Origin: Gemmatimonadota bacterium
GTDB lineage: Bacteria > Latescibacterota > UBA2968 > UBA8231
DNA length: 64,000 nucleotides
Assembly: GCA_038153405.1 (NCBI GenBank)
Contig: JAYOYH010000001.1
Location: forward strand, 96,156-160,155
Direction: 5' to 3'
The notes beneath the pieces are model-generated. The model did no database searches. It had not been told where the DNA came from and saw only the letters and a list, made by a program, of their open reading frames with translations. Within the stretch, counting starts at the first letter, position 1. Each line of letters starts with the position of its first letter. This document shows, in pieces, positions 27,723 to 37,931 of the stretch. The translations under genes were made by a program, and so were the position numbers.

Positions 27723-29444
27723 GTGTTGACGCTGGCACACGTAACGCACGAGGCGGTGCATCAGGCCGGTGGCATCGGCACGGTGCTGCGCGGTCTGATC
27801 ACGGCAGCAGCCTATCGGAACGCGGTAGATCGAACGCTGCTCATCGGCACGGTTTCGGGCGACGACGGACAGCCGCTAGGTCGCGATGGTGAAGTGCTAT
27901 ACGATCGCCGGGCGGGTGTCGGGGACCGCCAAGTGGGCGCGCTGCTCGATCCGGTCGAAGCTCGCTATGCCACGCGATTGGTCTATGGGCGACGCCCTCT
28001 CCGGCACGAGGATAAGGCGTGTTGGGTCGAGGTGCTATTGGTCGATGTCACCAACGCCCCGCGCGGGCTCGATGATTTTAAATACTACCTCGCTCAGAAC
28101 TTTGGCATTGATTCGCGGCGCTACGAGCACGATTGGGAATACGAGCACTATCTGCGCCTAGCCGAACCGGGCTTTGCCGCGCTGGAAGCCCTCTGTGGTG
28201 CGGGCGATGGCGCGTGCCATATTGTCGCTCACGAATTTATGGGCTTGGGTTTGGCCTACAGGGCCATTATGCAGGGCGATAATCGCTATAAGACCGTGTT
28301 CTACGCGCACGAAGTGGCCACGGTGCGTCCGCTCATAGAGGACGGAGAGGGGCGCGATATCGCCTTCTATAACGCCCTGCGCCGCGGCCGTGCAGAGGGC
28401 ACTTATATAGAGGACTACTTCGGCACACAAAATGGCTATTTCAAACACGCCCTCGTGCGCCAGGCATGGCGCTGCGATGCGGTACTCGCCGTCGGTGACC
28501 TGGTCGTCGACGAGCTGCGCTTTCTCGGCCCAGAGTTCGCCAAACGGACCATTGACTTGGTCTACAACGGCGTGCCTGCACACCAGCTGAGTCGCGCTGA
28601 AAAGGAGCGCGCTTCGGACAAGTTAAAAGCCGTATGTGAAGGCCTGCTGGGATGGAAGCCGGAGTGGTTATTCACCCACGTTACGCGCCTAGTGCGCAGC
28701 AAGGGACTGTGGCGCGATCTGCTCGTATTGGAGCACTTGGACGAGGCATTGGCAGCACGTCGTGAGCGCGCCGTATTTATTGCGCTAAGCTCGGAGATCG
28801 GGCGTCGCAGCGGGGAGTCTGTGCGTTTGATGGCTGGCCAATACGCGTGGCCTCTCGTGCATCGCGAAGGGGGCGCCGACTTAAGTCCGGGCGAATTGGA
28901 TTTCGACTTGCAGGTTCGCGCCTTTAACGCGCGTTCGCGCGCGGTGCGCGTTCTCTTTGTCAACCAGTTTGGCTGGGATCGCGCCAGCTGCGGCGAGTGG
29001 ATGCCGGAGGATATGCAGTTTGCCGATCTGCGCCGCGGCAGTGACGTGGAGTTTGGCCAGTCGATCTACGAACCCTTTGGTATAGCGCAGGTCGAACCGC
29101 TGAGCTTTGGCGCGTTGAGCGTTGTCAGCGATGTATGCGGCTGCGTCGGCTTTGTCGAGCGCAGCCAACCCGCCGACGGGTCGTTTGACGGTTTATTGGT
29201 GGGTGCCTACACGGATACGGGCTCACAACAAATCACCTCGCCAAGGGATATTGGCGCTCAATTTGTCGCGGAAAACGAGCGGCGACAGAGCCGCACAGTG
29301 GCCGCTGCGCTGGACGCGGCGCTGCAGGGAGGGCGCGATAGACAGGACGAGCGGCTGCGACAGGGGTTTGCCACGGCTGCGTCCATGAGCTGGGAACGCG
29401 TTGCTGCCGATTGGCTAGCGCCGGTGCTGGCGCGTATGGCCTAG
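27723..29444 (+). CDS. GT-B glycosyltransferase, glycogen synthase (GT3)-like
   Basis: THEAVHQAGGIGTV, AHEFMG, VYNG, SKG, YEPFGIAQVEPL. Confidence 0.6.
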   Translation: MLTLAHVTHEAVHQAGGIGTVLRGLITAAAYRNAVDRTLLIGTVSGDDGQPLGRDGEVLYDRRAGVGDRQVGALLDPVEARYATRLVYGRRPLRHEDKACWVEVLLVDVTNAPRGLDDFKYYLAQNFGIDSRRYEHDWEYEHYLRLAEPGFAALEALCGAGDGACHIVAHEFMGLGLAYRAIMQGDNRYKTVFYAHEVATVRPLIEDGEGRDIAFYNALRRGRAEGTYIEDYFGTQNGYFKHALVRQAWRCDAVLAVGDLVVDELRFLGPEFAKRTIDLVYNGVPAHQLSRAEKERASDKLKAVCEGLLGWKPEWLFTHVTRLVRSKGLWRDLLVLEHLDEALAARRERAVFIALSSEIGRRSGESVRLMAGQYAWPLVHREGGADLSPGELDFDLQVRAFNARSRAVRVLFVNQFGWDRASCGEWMPEDMQFADLRRGSDVEFGQSIYEPFGIAQVEPLSFGALSVVSDVCGCVGFVERSQPADGSFDGLLVGAYTDTGSQQITSPRDIGAQFVAENERRQSRTVAAALDAALQGGRDRQDERLRQGFATAASMSWERVAADWLAPVLARMA

Positions 29445-29546
29445 TGCGAAAACGCACACGTCCGCGCATGGGCTGACAGAGAATGTCATGTTGGTGTGAA
29501 GCGATTGGAAAGTAAGACTGAATCAGGCGGAAGCGGCTCGGTCCGT

Positions 29547-29930
29547 CTATAGCTCGCCGAGGGGATCGGCGGAGAGTATTTCGCGCACTCTAGTGAGCAG
29601 CAGATCCGTCTGAATGGGCTTTTTGATTACGGCGTAGACGCATCCGGGCTGGTGAATGGTTAGATCCTCATCGACCCACCCCGATACGACGATGATGGGC
29701 ACCTCGTCGCCTTGGTCGCGAACCATATAGAGGAATTCCTCGCCGTCAAACTGCCCGGGCATGTGTAAATCTAACAGGATGAGGTCGTAGCGATTTTCGC
29801 GCAGGGTTTGCAGTGCGGCCTCCGCATTGTCGACCTCTTCAGCCTGAAACCCTGCTGTGCTGAGAATGCGCATCAACAGCTCGCGAATCGCGGCCTCATC
29901 TTCAATGATGAGTATCTTTTTGTCTTCCAT
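29547..29930 (-). CDS. Single-domain response regulator (CheY-like)
   Basis: ILIIEDE, LLDLHMP, VVSG, KKP. Confidence 0.9.
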   Translation of the reverse strand: MEDKKILIIEDEAAIRELLMRILSTAGFQAEEVDNAEAALQTLRENRYDLILLDLHMPGQFDGEEFLYMVRDQGDEVPIIVVSGWVDEDLTIHQPGCVYAVIKKPIQTDLLLTRVREILSADPLGEL

Positions 29931-29999
29931 TAAGTAAGTCCTGCTGAGTTACAAACTGACGCTAAGATAGGTTGCCAATGGATTTGGGGCAATTAATTT

Positions 30000-31634
30000 C
30001 TACGGCGCAGGCGGCGAATCGGAGGCGCAGCGGAATCCCAGTGAGTTGTCGCCGTTGCCGGGGACAAATGCAAAGCGCACGGTCGTCGTGAGCACCTCCT
30101 GCGGCACCCCCAGTTTCCAGCTAGCGCCGCGCACAACGCGCAGCGTGCCGTCGGCCGGGCCCGGGGGATTGCTAGACGGACTGTTGGCGTAGTAGTCTGC
30201 AGCATAGAAGTCGCCCGTCCATTCTTGGACATTGCCGCCCATATCGTGTAGGCCAAAGTAGCTGACGCCTAAGGGGTAGGATCCGACGGTCGTAGTCGAG
30301 CCAATGGCGTTGTTGTAGTTGAGCAGTTCGCGGTTGGGCGCCTCCTCTCCCCACGGAAACTTCCGTCCATCGTCTCCGCGCGCGGCGCGTTCCCACTCGG
30401 CTTCCGAGGGGAGGCGTTTGCCAGACCAGAGACAGTAGGTAGCTGCTTGCTGCCAGTTTATGCAGTTAATCGGATGATCGGCGCGATCGGCGCGCGCCGA
30501 GTTGCATCCGGCCGTAGCTCCAGCCGGTCCACAGGTGCCGGTATCGACGCAGTCTTGGTACAGGGCGGCCGTTACTTCGTATTTATCGATCCAATAGCTG
30601 CTCAGCTCGACGCGGTGTTCCGGTCCCTCGTCGGGTGTTCCAACGGATGAACCCATGACAAAAGCCCCCGATGGGATCTCGATCATTCCGCTCTGCTCGG
30701 TAAAAATGCGTTCGAGCGCGATGATGGTCACGACGTCTTGCAAAGAGGTCAGGCTGCCGTCGGAAACGGATAGGCCAAAGACGTATTCTCCAGGCAGTTC
30801 GGCGACAAAACTGGGCTTGGCCGCCGTTGTATCGGACAGTGCCACAGTGCCTCCTGGAACGCGGCCTATGCTCCAGTGGTAGCGCAGGTCAAATGCGTCG
30901 CCGTCGGGGTCGCTGCTAGCGCTGCCATCCAATATGACGAGAGAACCCTGTGCGACCTGTTGGTCTTCTCCTGCATTGGCGATGGGCGGCAAGTTGCTGG
31001 CCGCGCGCACCAGAATGAGGACTTCGTCTTCGTCGCTCAACTCGCCGTCGCTGACGCGCAGGCGGAAGCGGTATTCGCCCGCAACGATGGCGATAAAGTT
31101 GGTTTGCACAGCTGTCGAGTCGGCCAACAGCACGCTGTCCGGTGCTGCGATGACCGACCAACTATAGGTCAGCGCATCCCCGTTGGGATCGCTGCTATTG
31201 AGAGCGGATAGCGGCACGGCGGCGCCGGCACCTATCACTAGATCGGGTCCAGCGTCGGCTACCGGCGGGCGATTGCCGCTGCTGACAGCCGTGACGCGAA
31301 CGGAGTCGGGAAAGCTCGTGGTATCGCCATCGGAGACCACCAAAATAAAGGTATAGGTGCCCGCAACAGTGGGCGTAAATTGAAAGCTAACCTGGTTGTC
31401 TGGCGAAATGACAACCGGTATTCGGTCCTCATCGGCCTGGTCCCAACTGTAGGTCAGTGCGCTGCCGTCGGGATCGCTGCTTTCGACCGCGCTCAGGGTG
31501 ACGCGCGTTTGCGTGGCTACGCGCTGGTCTTGGCCGGCGTCGGCGATGGGGCGCTCGTTGGGTGCTGGAGGTGCCGGAGGCGCACTACACGCAGCGGCCC
31601 ACGCCGCAAGGCACGCGCAGAGTACGAGGCGCAT
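30000..31634 (-). CDS. Lipoprotein with three PKD/Ig-like repeats and a C-terminal FGE-sulfatase (SUMF1-like) domain
   Basis: Lipobox AAAC; three repeats N.PP.ADAG.DQ...SSDPDG..L.Y.W; RLPSEAEWERAARG, GLHDMGGNVQEW, GFRC. Confidence 0.8.
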   Translation of the reverse strand: MRLVLCACLAAWAAACSAPPAPPAPNERPIADAGQDQRVATQTRVTLSAVESSDPDGSALTYSWDQADEDRIPVVISPDNQVSFQFTPTVAGTYTFILVVSDGDTTSFPDSVRVTAVSSGNRPPVADAGPDLVIGAGAAVPLSALNSSDPNGDALTYSWSVIAAPDSVLLADSTAVQTNFIAIVAGEYRFRLRVSDGELSDEDEVLILVRAASNLPPIANAGEDQQVAQGSLVILDGSASSDPDGDAFDLRYHWSIGRVPGGTVALSDTTAAKPSFVAELPGEYVFGLSVSDGSLTSLQDVVTIIALERIFTEQSGMIEIPSGAFVMGSSVGTPDEGPEHRVELSSYWIDKYEVTAALYQDCVDTGTCGPAGATAGCNSARADRADHPINCINWQQAATYCLWSGKRLPSEAEWERAARGDDGRKFPWGEEAPNRELLNYNNAIGSTTTVGSYPLGVSYFGLHDMGGNVQEWTGDFYAADYYANSPSSNPPGPADGTLRVVRGASWKLGVPQEVLTTTVRFAFVPGNGDNSLGFRCASDSPPAP

Positions 31635-31812
31635 CGGATGCAACAGACATTTAGTCATGAGCGCATATTCGCGTGTTGTGCTCGGGAGGTTGGCAATGCG
31701 GGGATGGGGTGCCCCAATAATAAAAGCATGCCTGTCTACTGTCAATCTGATGCGCAGTTAGCATGACAAAAGAGAGGGTGAGAAGTATATTGGTCCGGGA
31801 GGTCTAACGGTT

Positions 31813-33594
31813 GTGACTCGTTCGCTACGCATTGCTGAAACGCTGGAAGCCAATCTCGGTCTATTCGATGGAGATGTGCGCCACGAGCAGGTCAATCGGG
31901 CTATTGCCGGTGGCCATAGAACGATTCTGTTGGGAGAGCAGACGCGCCTTCCCTACTTCCCGGACGACGATCGCCTGCACAAGCTCCATGCGGGTGATCC
32001 GCTGGTGCTGCTCCTGTGGAAAGTCCTCAAGAAAATACCCGACAATTTGCGCGAGGCGATTATCGATGCGCCGATTAGTCTAACGCTCGTGCGCAGCGAT
32101 AGCCTGCTCTTTTTTGAAAATTATCGCTGCCATCAGGCACTGCACATAGGCTGCAGGCGCCGTACGATCTACCTGCCGGAAATTCTTCTGCACTCGGCCG
32201 AGGAGCGCGGCTATGACTACTGGGCGCTAGCCGAGGGGTTGATCTTTTCTGCTTGGCTCCTGCTCGACTATTTGCTCTTGGTCGAAGTAATTAAATCCTA
32301 CGGCGATTTGCTCGGCCAATACCCGAACTATAGGCTGGGTGAAGCGCTGCAACTCAAACTCATCGAGCGCGGCAACGGCCATCGGCGCGACAGTATTGAC
32401 GAACACCGTTCGGAATTGGGCGAATTTGCCGATGCCTATCGCCGCCGACTGTTGGCTCTGCGTCCGCAAGAAGTAGCCAGCGGAGATAGTTTCGCCATTG
32501 CGCGCGAAGTGTTTGACGCCGAGGTAGAAATGCGCTGGGCTCAGGACAAGATGGAGCGCATAGCGCAAGTTTTCGATTATCCGCGTCTCTTCCTATTCGA
32601 CCGAGATATCATCCACGGCACGGCCCGCGAATTGGCTGAGGCGCGGAACTTGCCGATTGAACCGCGCTCATTTGCCGACGTGTTACACGACTACCGGGAT
32701 GCGATACGCTTTGAGCGTCGGCCCCTCAAGGCTACGTTGGGCAAGAGCGTTATGCCCAAGCCGCGCGCGGTGTTTTTACAATCGGTCGTAGCGTTGGGTT
32801 TGCGCGGTTTGCGCGGTTTTCTCGTCGCCTACGGCGAAAGGTCCGAAGGCGATGTGCGCGACCTCATGCATCCGCTGTGGATGTATCTGTGTTCGCTGAG
32901 CTCCGATCCGGCCGGCGTTTTTTCGCGCATGGGGCGCTGCCGCGCGATTGGACGCGAGGGTATAAGTGAAGATTGGGAACGCCATCTTGCCGGCGTATTA
33001 ATTCGCCTAGATCGGGCGGAAAACTTTCGCCAGATGGTAGCCGAAGTAGGGCAAATGGGAGAGGGCGCACGCGTCGAGTTAGAGGAGTTAGTGCGCGTTC
33101 AGCGCATGGGTGAAGAGGACGAATGGGAGGCATTTAAGGGGCGCAAACAGGGCATCGTGACGCACGCCTGTATGGCGCTTGACACCCTAGATGGCGTGGT
33201 CGATGGCAAGGGCGAGATTAACTGGCACGAAGACGAGCGCATTTGCCAAGTGCTGGCCGATAGACCGCATCGGTTCAGTTCGGACCCCAGCGGTGTGCTC
33301 ATGTACATGCGCACCTATCAAAATGTGCTCAAGCGCTTTGGCGGTAGCGACCCGGACAGCCTCTTTATGCTCGCCTCTATTTTGCTACGCCTGGACAAGG
33401 CAGAGAACTACCCCGAGTTGCTCGAGTGCGTTTACGCCATGGAGACGCCGGCGTTTTCCGCGTTGCACAACGCATTTGAGCAGATTCCCGAACGAGACGT
33501 GCAGCGCCGGGAAATCCTCAAACAGGCGCGCATTCTATGGAGTCGCATGATGGCGCGCACGCGCCGGAGGGCTGCCAGGAGGAAAGAAATATGA
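31813..33594 (+). CDS. Hypothetical protein with internal repeat
   Basis: 593-aa ORF; two copies of SSDP.GV...LA..L.RLD.AEN. Confidence 0.7.
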   Translation: MTRSLRIAETLEANLGLFDGDVRHEQVNRAIAGGHRTILLGEQTRLPYFPDDDRLHKLHAGDPLVLLLWKVLKKIPDNLREAIIDAPISLTLVRSDSLLFFENYRCHQALHIGCRRRTIYLPEILLHSAEERGYDYWALAEGLIFSAWLLLDYLLLVEVIKSYGDLLGQYPNYRLGEALQLKLIERGNGHRRDSIDEHRSELGEFADAYRRRLLALRPQEVASGDSFAIAREVFDAEVEMRWAQDKMERIAQVFDYPRLFLFDRDIIHGTARELAEARNLPIEPRSFADVLHDYRDAIRFERRPLKATLGKSVMPKPRAVFLQSVVALGLRGLRGFLVAYGERSEGDVRDLMHPLWMYLCSLSSDPAGVFSRMGRCRAIGREGISEDWERHLAGVLIRLDRAENFRQMVAEVGQMGEGARVELEELVRVQRMGEEDEWEAFKGRKQGIVTHACMALDTLDGVVDGKGEINWHEDERICQVLADRPHRFSSDPSGVLMYMRTYQNVLKRFGGSDPDSLFMLASILLRLDKAENYPELLECVYAMETPAFSALHNAFEQIPERDVQRREILKQARILWSRMMARTRRRAARRKEI

Positions 33595-34664
33595 AGTGCG
33601 GTTGGTGGGTGTCGCTGCTGCTCGTAGGCTGTGCGTCACTGGGAGGAAAACCGGGTGCGCAGGTAGAGTTGGCCGCAGCCGCAGCGGATATGGTCGACCA
33701 GTTGGGCGGCGTGGATTCGGAATTTACCTGGGTTGGTTTGCGCGATGACAGCGGCAAGCAAACTTCGGCTACGCAGGCGGTAGAAGAATATCTGGTCTCA
33801 GAGTTGGTTCGTTCGCGCAGGCCTTTTTCCGTGGCGGACAATGGGTCGAGCACCTGGCCGGCCGATGCGGTGATTGGCGAGAGCGAACCAGGCGCGCGCT
33901 GGGCGCTGGGGGGGCGTTTGTCCGAGGACGGGCCATCGATGTATCTGCGTCTGTTCTTGGTCGATCTTCAGCGAGGCGAAATTGCACAGACGGCCGTGCG
34001 CAGCGTGCGCACCGCACACGTAGAGCGCGAAGTCGCGCAGCGCGCGCGTGCCGAAGGGCTGGGCAATACGGGCATGCCCTTGGAAGTTGAACTGCACTGG
34101 GTGCTGCTGCGCAAAGAGGGCGAACTCCGCCAGCCCGTCCAGTTGAGCGAGGGGATGAGCGTGCGCGAGGGCGATGAATTGCAGGTGCGCTTTCGCCTGA
34201 GCCGCGATGCCCAAGTCTTGGCCTTTCTCTACAGTTCGGAAGGCGAGGTGTTATCGCTGGTTCCCGACGAGTTCCGCTATTCGGGACTGCCCTATTACGG
34301 CCCGAGTGAAAATGGCTGGGTTACACTTGGTGCGTTGGATCGGGTATACACCGTCTATTTTATGGCCGGTCCACGCCTGTTAGAAGAGAATGCGGATGAG
34401 TTTTACGAACGTCTTGACGAATTAGTCGAACAGAGACAGGTGGATCGCTTTGTCGGGCTAGCCAAGCAGGACGAAGTAGTCGTAGAGTTTTTGCAGCGCA
34501 GTTTTTCGGGTAATAGGACGATCGAGGTAGTGCGCGACGGTGCGGTCATCGCCGATGGCCGCGAGGAGACGTTGGTTTACAGCGATGGCACCCGCTTGCA
34601 AAGCGTTGCCGAAAAGCTGAGTGCGTCCGTAGTCGTGCGCGCTATCAGCTTTTCGGTTCAGTAA
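33591..34664 (+). CDS. Lipoprotein with probable DUF4384 domain
   Basis: Lipobox LLLVGC; VREGDELQVRFRLSRDAQVLAFLYSSEG..SLVP. Confidence 0.6.
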   Translation: MKCGWWVSLLLVGCASLGGKPGAQVELAAAAADMVDQLGGVDSEFTWVGLRDDSGKQTSATQAVEEYLVSELVRSRRPFSVADNGSSTWPADAVIGESEPGARWALGGRLSEDGPSMYLRLFLVDLQRGEIAQTAVRSVRTAHVEREVAQRARAEGLGNTGMPLEVELHWVLLRKEGELRQPVQLSEGMSVREGDELQVRFRLSRDAQVLAFLYSSEGEVLSLVPDEFRYSGLPYYGPSENGWVTLGALDRVYTVYFMAGPRLLEENADEFYERLDELVEQRQVDRFVGLAKQDEVVVEFLQRSFSGNRTIEVVRDGAVIADGREETLVYSDGTRLQSVAEKLSASVVVRAISFSVQ

Positions 34665-34687
34665 ATTTTCACGGCAAAGGAGATACG

Positions 34688-35461
34688 ATGGCACACGTCA
34701 AGATAACGTATATAGGTCACGCGTCGTTCCGCTTTGATTCGCAGAAGGGAACGAGCGTATTTTTCGATGCTTGGCTCGATGAGAACCCGCTGGCCAAGCT
34801 CAAACTGGCCCAGGTGAAAAAGGCCGACATCGTCGTCGCCAGCCACGGACACAACGATCACATCGGCGATAGCTTTGCGCTGTGCAAGAAAACGCGCGCC
34901 AAATTTGTCGGCAACTACGAACTGTGCCTGGCCGCTCAGGCCAACGGGCTGGCATTGGGGTCGCGCGCGCTTCCGCTCAATCCAGGGGGCTCGATAAAGG
35001 TAAAAGACGTGCAATTGACCATGGTCCAAGCCTTCCATTCGCTGTCGATGTCGCCGCGCGTTATGCCGGGACCACTGGGCGAGGGACAGGTTTTTCACGC
35101 CGATGGCACCGTGGGCGGATATGTAATGGCCTTTGACAACGGCATTAGTATATACGACACCTCGGATACGTGTTTATTTAGCGATATGCAACTGATCGGG
35201 CAGATGTATGGTCCACAGGTCGCTATTCTGCCGGTGGGCGGCAAATTCACTATGGGCGTGCGCGAGGCGGCTCGCGCCGCCAGTTACATTCGTCCCGACA
35301 TTGTCATTCCCTGCCACTACGGCGAGGTGATGGGGCAGCCGGCCGATATAGAGGAGCTAAAGGCACAAGTGAAGTTTCTCTCGCCCAATACGGAGGTCGT
35401 CGCGCTGAAACCGGGGCAGTCGGTTACCTATACAGCCAGCTCGTACCGGGTGGGTAAATGA
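34688..35461 (+). CDS. Metal-dependent hydrolase, metallo-beta-lactamase fold (UPF0173-like)
   Basis: ITYIGHASF, SHGHNDHIGD, LPVGGKFTMG, IPCHY. Confidence 0.88.
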   Translation: MAHVKITYIGHASFRFDSQKGTSVFFDAWLDENPLAKLKLAQVKKADIVVASHGHNDHIGDSFALCKKTRAKFVGNYELCLAAQANGLALGSRALPLNPGGSIKVKDVQLTMVQAFHSLSMSPRVMPGPLGEGQVFHADGTVGGYVMAFDNGISIYDTSDTCLFSDMQLIGQMYGPQVAILPVGGKFTMGVREAARAASYIRPDIVIPCHYGEVMGQPADIEELKAQVKFLSPNTEVVALKPGQSVTYTASSYRVGK

Positions 35462-35506
35462 GCGCAGGGCGGGCGCACGGAATGCTATGGTGCGTCCGCC
35501 CTGCGC
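35462..35506. terminator. Long GC-rich hairpin between convergent genes
   Basis: GCGCAGGGCGGGCGCAC / GTGCGTCCGCCCTGCGC, 17-bp stem with one G-U; no clear U tract. Confidence 0.6.
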
Positions 35507-35521
35507 GGTAGAATAGATCGC

Positions 35522-36712
35522 TTAGAGCACAGCCGCTATGGCGGTGCACAGTGCGTCCATATTGGCGGCGGTCATGCCGGCGACGTTGATGCGTCCGCCA
35601 CCGACGATGTAAATGGCGTATTCTTCGCGCAGGCGTTGAACTTGCGCATCGCTCAGCCCCGAGTAGGAAAACATGCCGCGCTGACGAGCGATAAAGGAGA
35701 AGTCGCCCGGGGCGCCCTTGGCCCGAAGAGAATCGACAAAGAGCTGGCGCATCCCGTTGATGCGCGCGCGCATTTCGGCCACTTCGCCTTCCCACTGCGC
35801 ATGCAGCACCTCATCCGACAAGATTTCTGCGACGATGGCCGAGCCGTGTGCCGGCGGGTTTGAATAACTAGTGCGCACGGCAATTTTAAGGTGGCTCAGG
35901 CCGCGCGCTGCCGCATCGCCGCTGGCGGCTACGAGCGTGAGGGCGCCAATGCGCTCCTGATATAGGCCAAAGTTTTTGGAAAAAGACGATGCGATGAACA
36001 GTTCCTGGCCGGGGCGGCATAGGGCGCGCAGGCCGGTCGCATCTTCGTCGATGCCGTCGCCAAATCCCTGATAGGCGAAATCGACCAGCGGTAGCCAGCC
36101 GCGTTCCTGTGCGGCGTCGGCAATTTGCTCCCACTGCGCTGGGGTCGGATCGACGCCGGTTGGGTTGTGGCAGCAGCCGTGCAGCAGGACGACATCGCCC
36201 GCGGGTATTTCGTTCAGCGCTGCTAGCATGGCGGAAAAATCTAGGCCGTTGTGGGTGGCGTCGAAATAGGGATAGGTCTGCACGTCGATGCCGGCGGCCT
36301 GAAATATTTTGGGATGGTTGGCCCAAGTCGGCTGGCTAAGCCACAGGCGCGCGGTGGGAAAATGGCGATGCAGAACGTCGCCTGCGATGCGCAGTGCGCC
36401 GGTGCCCCCGGGGCTCTGCACCGTCGCTGCGCGCCCGCTGCGCACGATTTCGTGCTCAGTGCCCAGCAGCAGGCTCTGCACGGCGCGATTGTACTCAGGC
36501 GTCCCATCAATGGCCAGATAGCTCTTGGAAGTGGCGCTGGCCAGAATGCGCTTTTCCGCTTCGGCCACCGACGGCAGGATCGGCGTTTTTCCCGCATCGT
36601 CTTGGTAGACGCCGACGCCGAGGTTGATCTTGTTGGGGTTGTCGTCGCTCTTGAAGGCGGCGCTGAGGCCCAGAATGGGATCGGCGGGCGCCATATCTAA
36701 TTTTTCGAACAT
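35522..36712 (-). CDS. aspC: Aspartate/aromatic amino acid aminotransferase (AspC/TyrB type)
   Basis: DPILGL, NLGVGVY, GGTGALR, HGCCHNPTG, SFSKNFGLY.ERIG, GRINVAG. Confidence 0.9.
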   Translation of the reverse strand: MFEKLDMAPADPILGLSAAFKSDDNPNKINLGVGVYQDDAGKTPILPSVAEAEKRILASATSKSYLAIDGTPEYNRAVQSLLLGTEHEIVRSGRAATVQSPGGTGALRIAGDVLHRHFPTARLWLSQPTWANHPKIFQAAGIDVQTYPYFDATHNGLDFSAMLAALNEIPAGDVVLLHGCCHNPTGVDPTPAQWEQIADAAQERGWLPLVDFAYQGFGDGIDEDATGLRALCRPGQELFIASSFSKNFGLYQERIGALTLVAASGDAAARGLSHLKIAVRTSYSNPPAHGSAIVAEILSDEVLHAQWEGEVAEMRARINGMRQLFVDSLRAKGAPGDFSFIARQRGMFSYSGLSDAQVQRLREEYAIYIVGGGRINVAGMTAANMDALCTAIAAVL

Positions 36713-36778
36713 TGCGTACCTTTGCGTGAATTGGGTGAAGACTCCATAAAATAATTAAGATGTAACCGGAGGAAAACC

Positions 36779-37453
36779 GTGTTCAAAAAGCTACTGCGCG
36801 CCTGCGGCTATGACCTGAGGCGGCGGCGGTGGACGCCGAATCATTTGGCTAAACTCATCGATGCGCGCACCGTAGTGGATGTGGGCGTGGCCTTTGGCAC
36901 TTGGGAACTTTATCGAGCATTTCCACAAGCCCATTTTCTGCTGGTCGAACCGCTGCGCGACTATGCGCACAATTTGCAGAAAATCGCTGCTCAATACCGC
37001 TGCGACATCGTGTACAAAGCGCTGGGAGATGTGGAAGAACGACGCGAAATCTACGTAGATCCGCACATTCTAACGCGCTCTTCGCTGCACGAGCGCACGG
37101 CGTTGACGCAGACCGGATCGCCGCTGGAAACGCGCCAGATAGAGGTGACGACCCTCGATACGCTGCTCGAGGTGTATCCCAGTTTGGAGCGACCGCTGCT
37201 GCTAAAGATCGACACCGAAGGGTTCGAGCTGAACGTCATACGCGGTGGGGAGCAATTTTTGCAGTGCACCGACGTGGTGATAGCGGAAGTGTCGATTGCC
37301 GAGCGCTTTGCCGGATCGTACGCCTTTGCCGAGTTTATCGCCGCCATGGACGAACGCAATTTTTCCGTCCACGATGTCCTGCGTCTGAGCTACCGTCGCG
37401 ATGGGGCCGGCACGCAAATGGCCGACATCGCCTTTGTGCGTCGCCCCGTCTGA
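36779..37453 (+). CDS. FkbM-family methyltransferase
   Basis: VDVGVAFG, EP, TTLD, LKIDTEGFEL.V..G. Confidence 0.85.
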   Translation: MFKKLLRACGYDLRRRRWTPNHLAKLIDARTVVDVGVAFGTWELYRAFPQAHFLLVEPLRDYAHNLQKIAAQYRCDIVYKALGDVEERREIYVDPHILTRSSLHERTALTQTGSPLETRQIEVTTLDTLLEVYPSLERPLLLKIDTEGFELNVIRGGEQFLQCTDVVIAEVSIAERFAGSYAFAEFIAAMDERNFSVHDVLRLSYRRDGAGTQMADIAFVRRPV

Positions 37454-37454
37454 C

Positions 37455-37931
37455 CTAGCGCCGGCGGTAGGTGGCAAAAACTAGGTCGCCCTCTTGGTGG
37501 CGCGCTGTTTCCTCCCATGCTCTCGGGTCCCACTCGGGGAAGAACGCATCGCCCTCTACTTCGAGTGGGATAAAGGTCAATACCATTTCGTCCGTTTCCG
37601 CCAGCGCCTGTTGGTATATCTCTGCACCGCCGAGGACAAAAACCTTGTCCTTTCCCTCTTCGGCCGCGCGCGCAAAGGCCTCCTGCAAATTATTGAAGAC
37701 CGGGGCACCGCCTTCGGCGCAGTAGGATGCATCGCGACTGAGGACAATGTTTAGGCGACCGGGCAGCGGCCGCACCTGGAATGACTCATAGGTTTTGCGG
37801 CCGGCGATGACGGGATAGCCGCGCGTCGTGTCGCGGAAGTGCTTCATATCGGCTGGATAGTGCCAGGGAATGCCGTTGTTGAATCCAATGGCGCCGTTGG
37901 AACTGATGGCGGCAATGATGCATTTGATCAC
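37455..37931 (-). CDS. folA: Dihydrofolate reductase
   Basis: NGAIG..NGIPWHYPADMKHFR, GRKTYES, LPGRLNIVLS, GGAEIY, GDAFFP. Confidence 0.93.
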   Translation of the reverse strand: MIKCIIAAISSNGAIGFNNGIPWHYPADMKHFRDTTRGYPVIAGRKTYESFQVRPLPGRLNIVLSRDASYCAEGGAPVFNNLQEAFARAAEEGKDKVFVLGGAEIYQQALAETDEMVLTFIPLEVEGDAFFPEWDPRAWEETARHQEGDLVFATYRRR

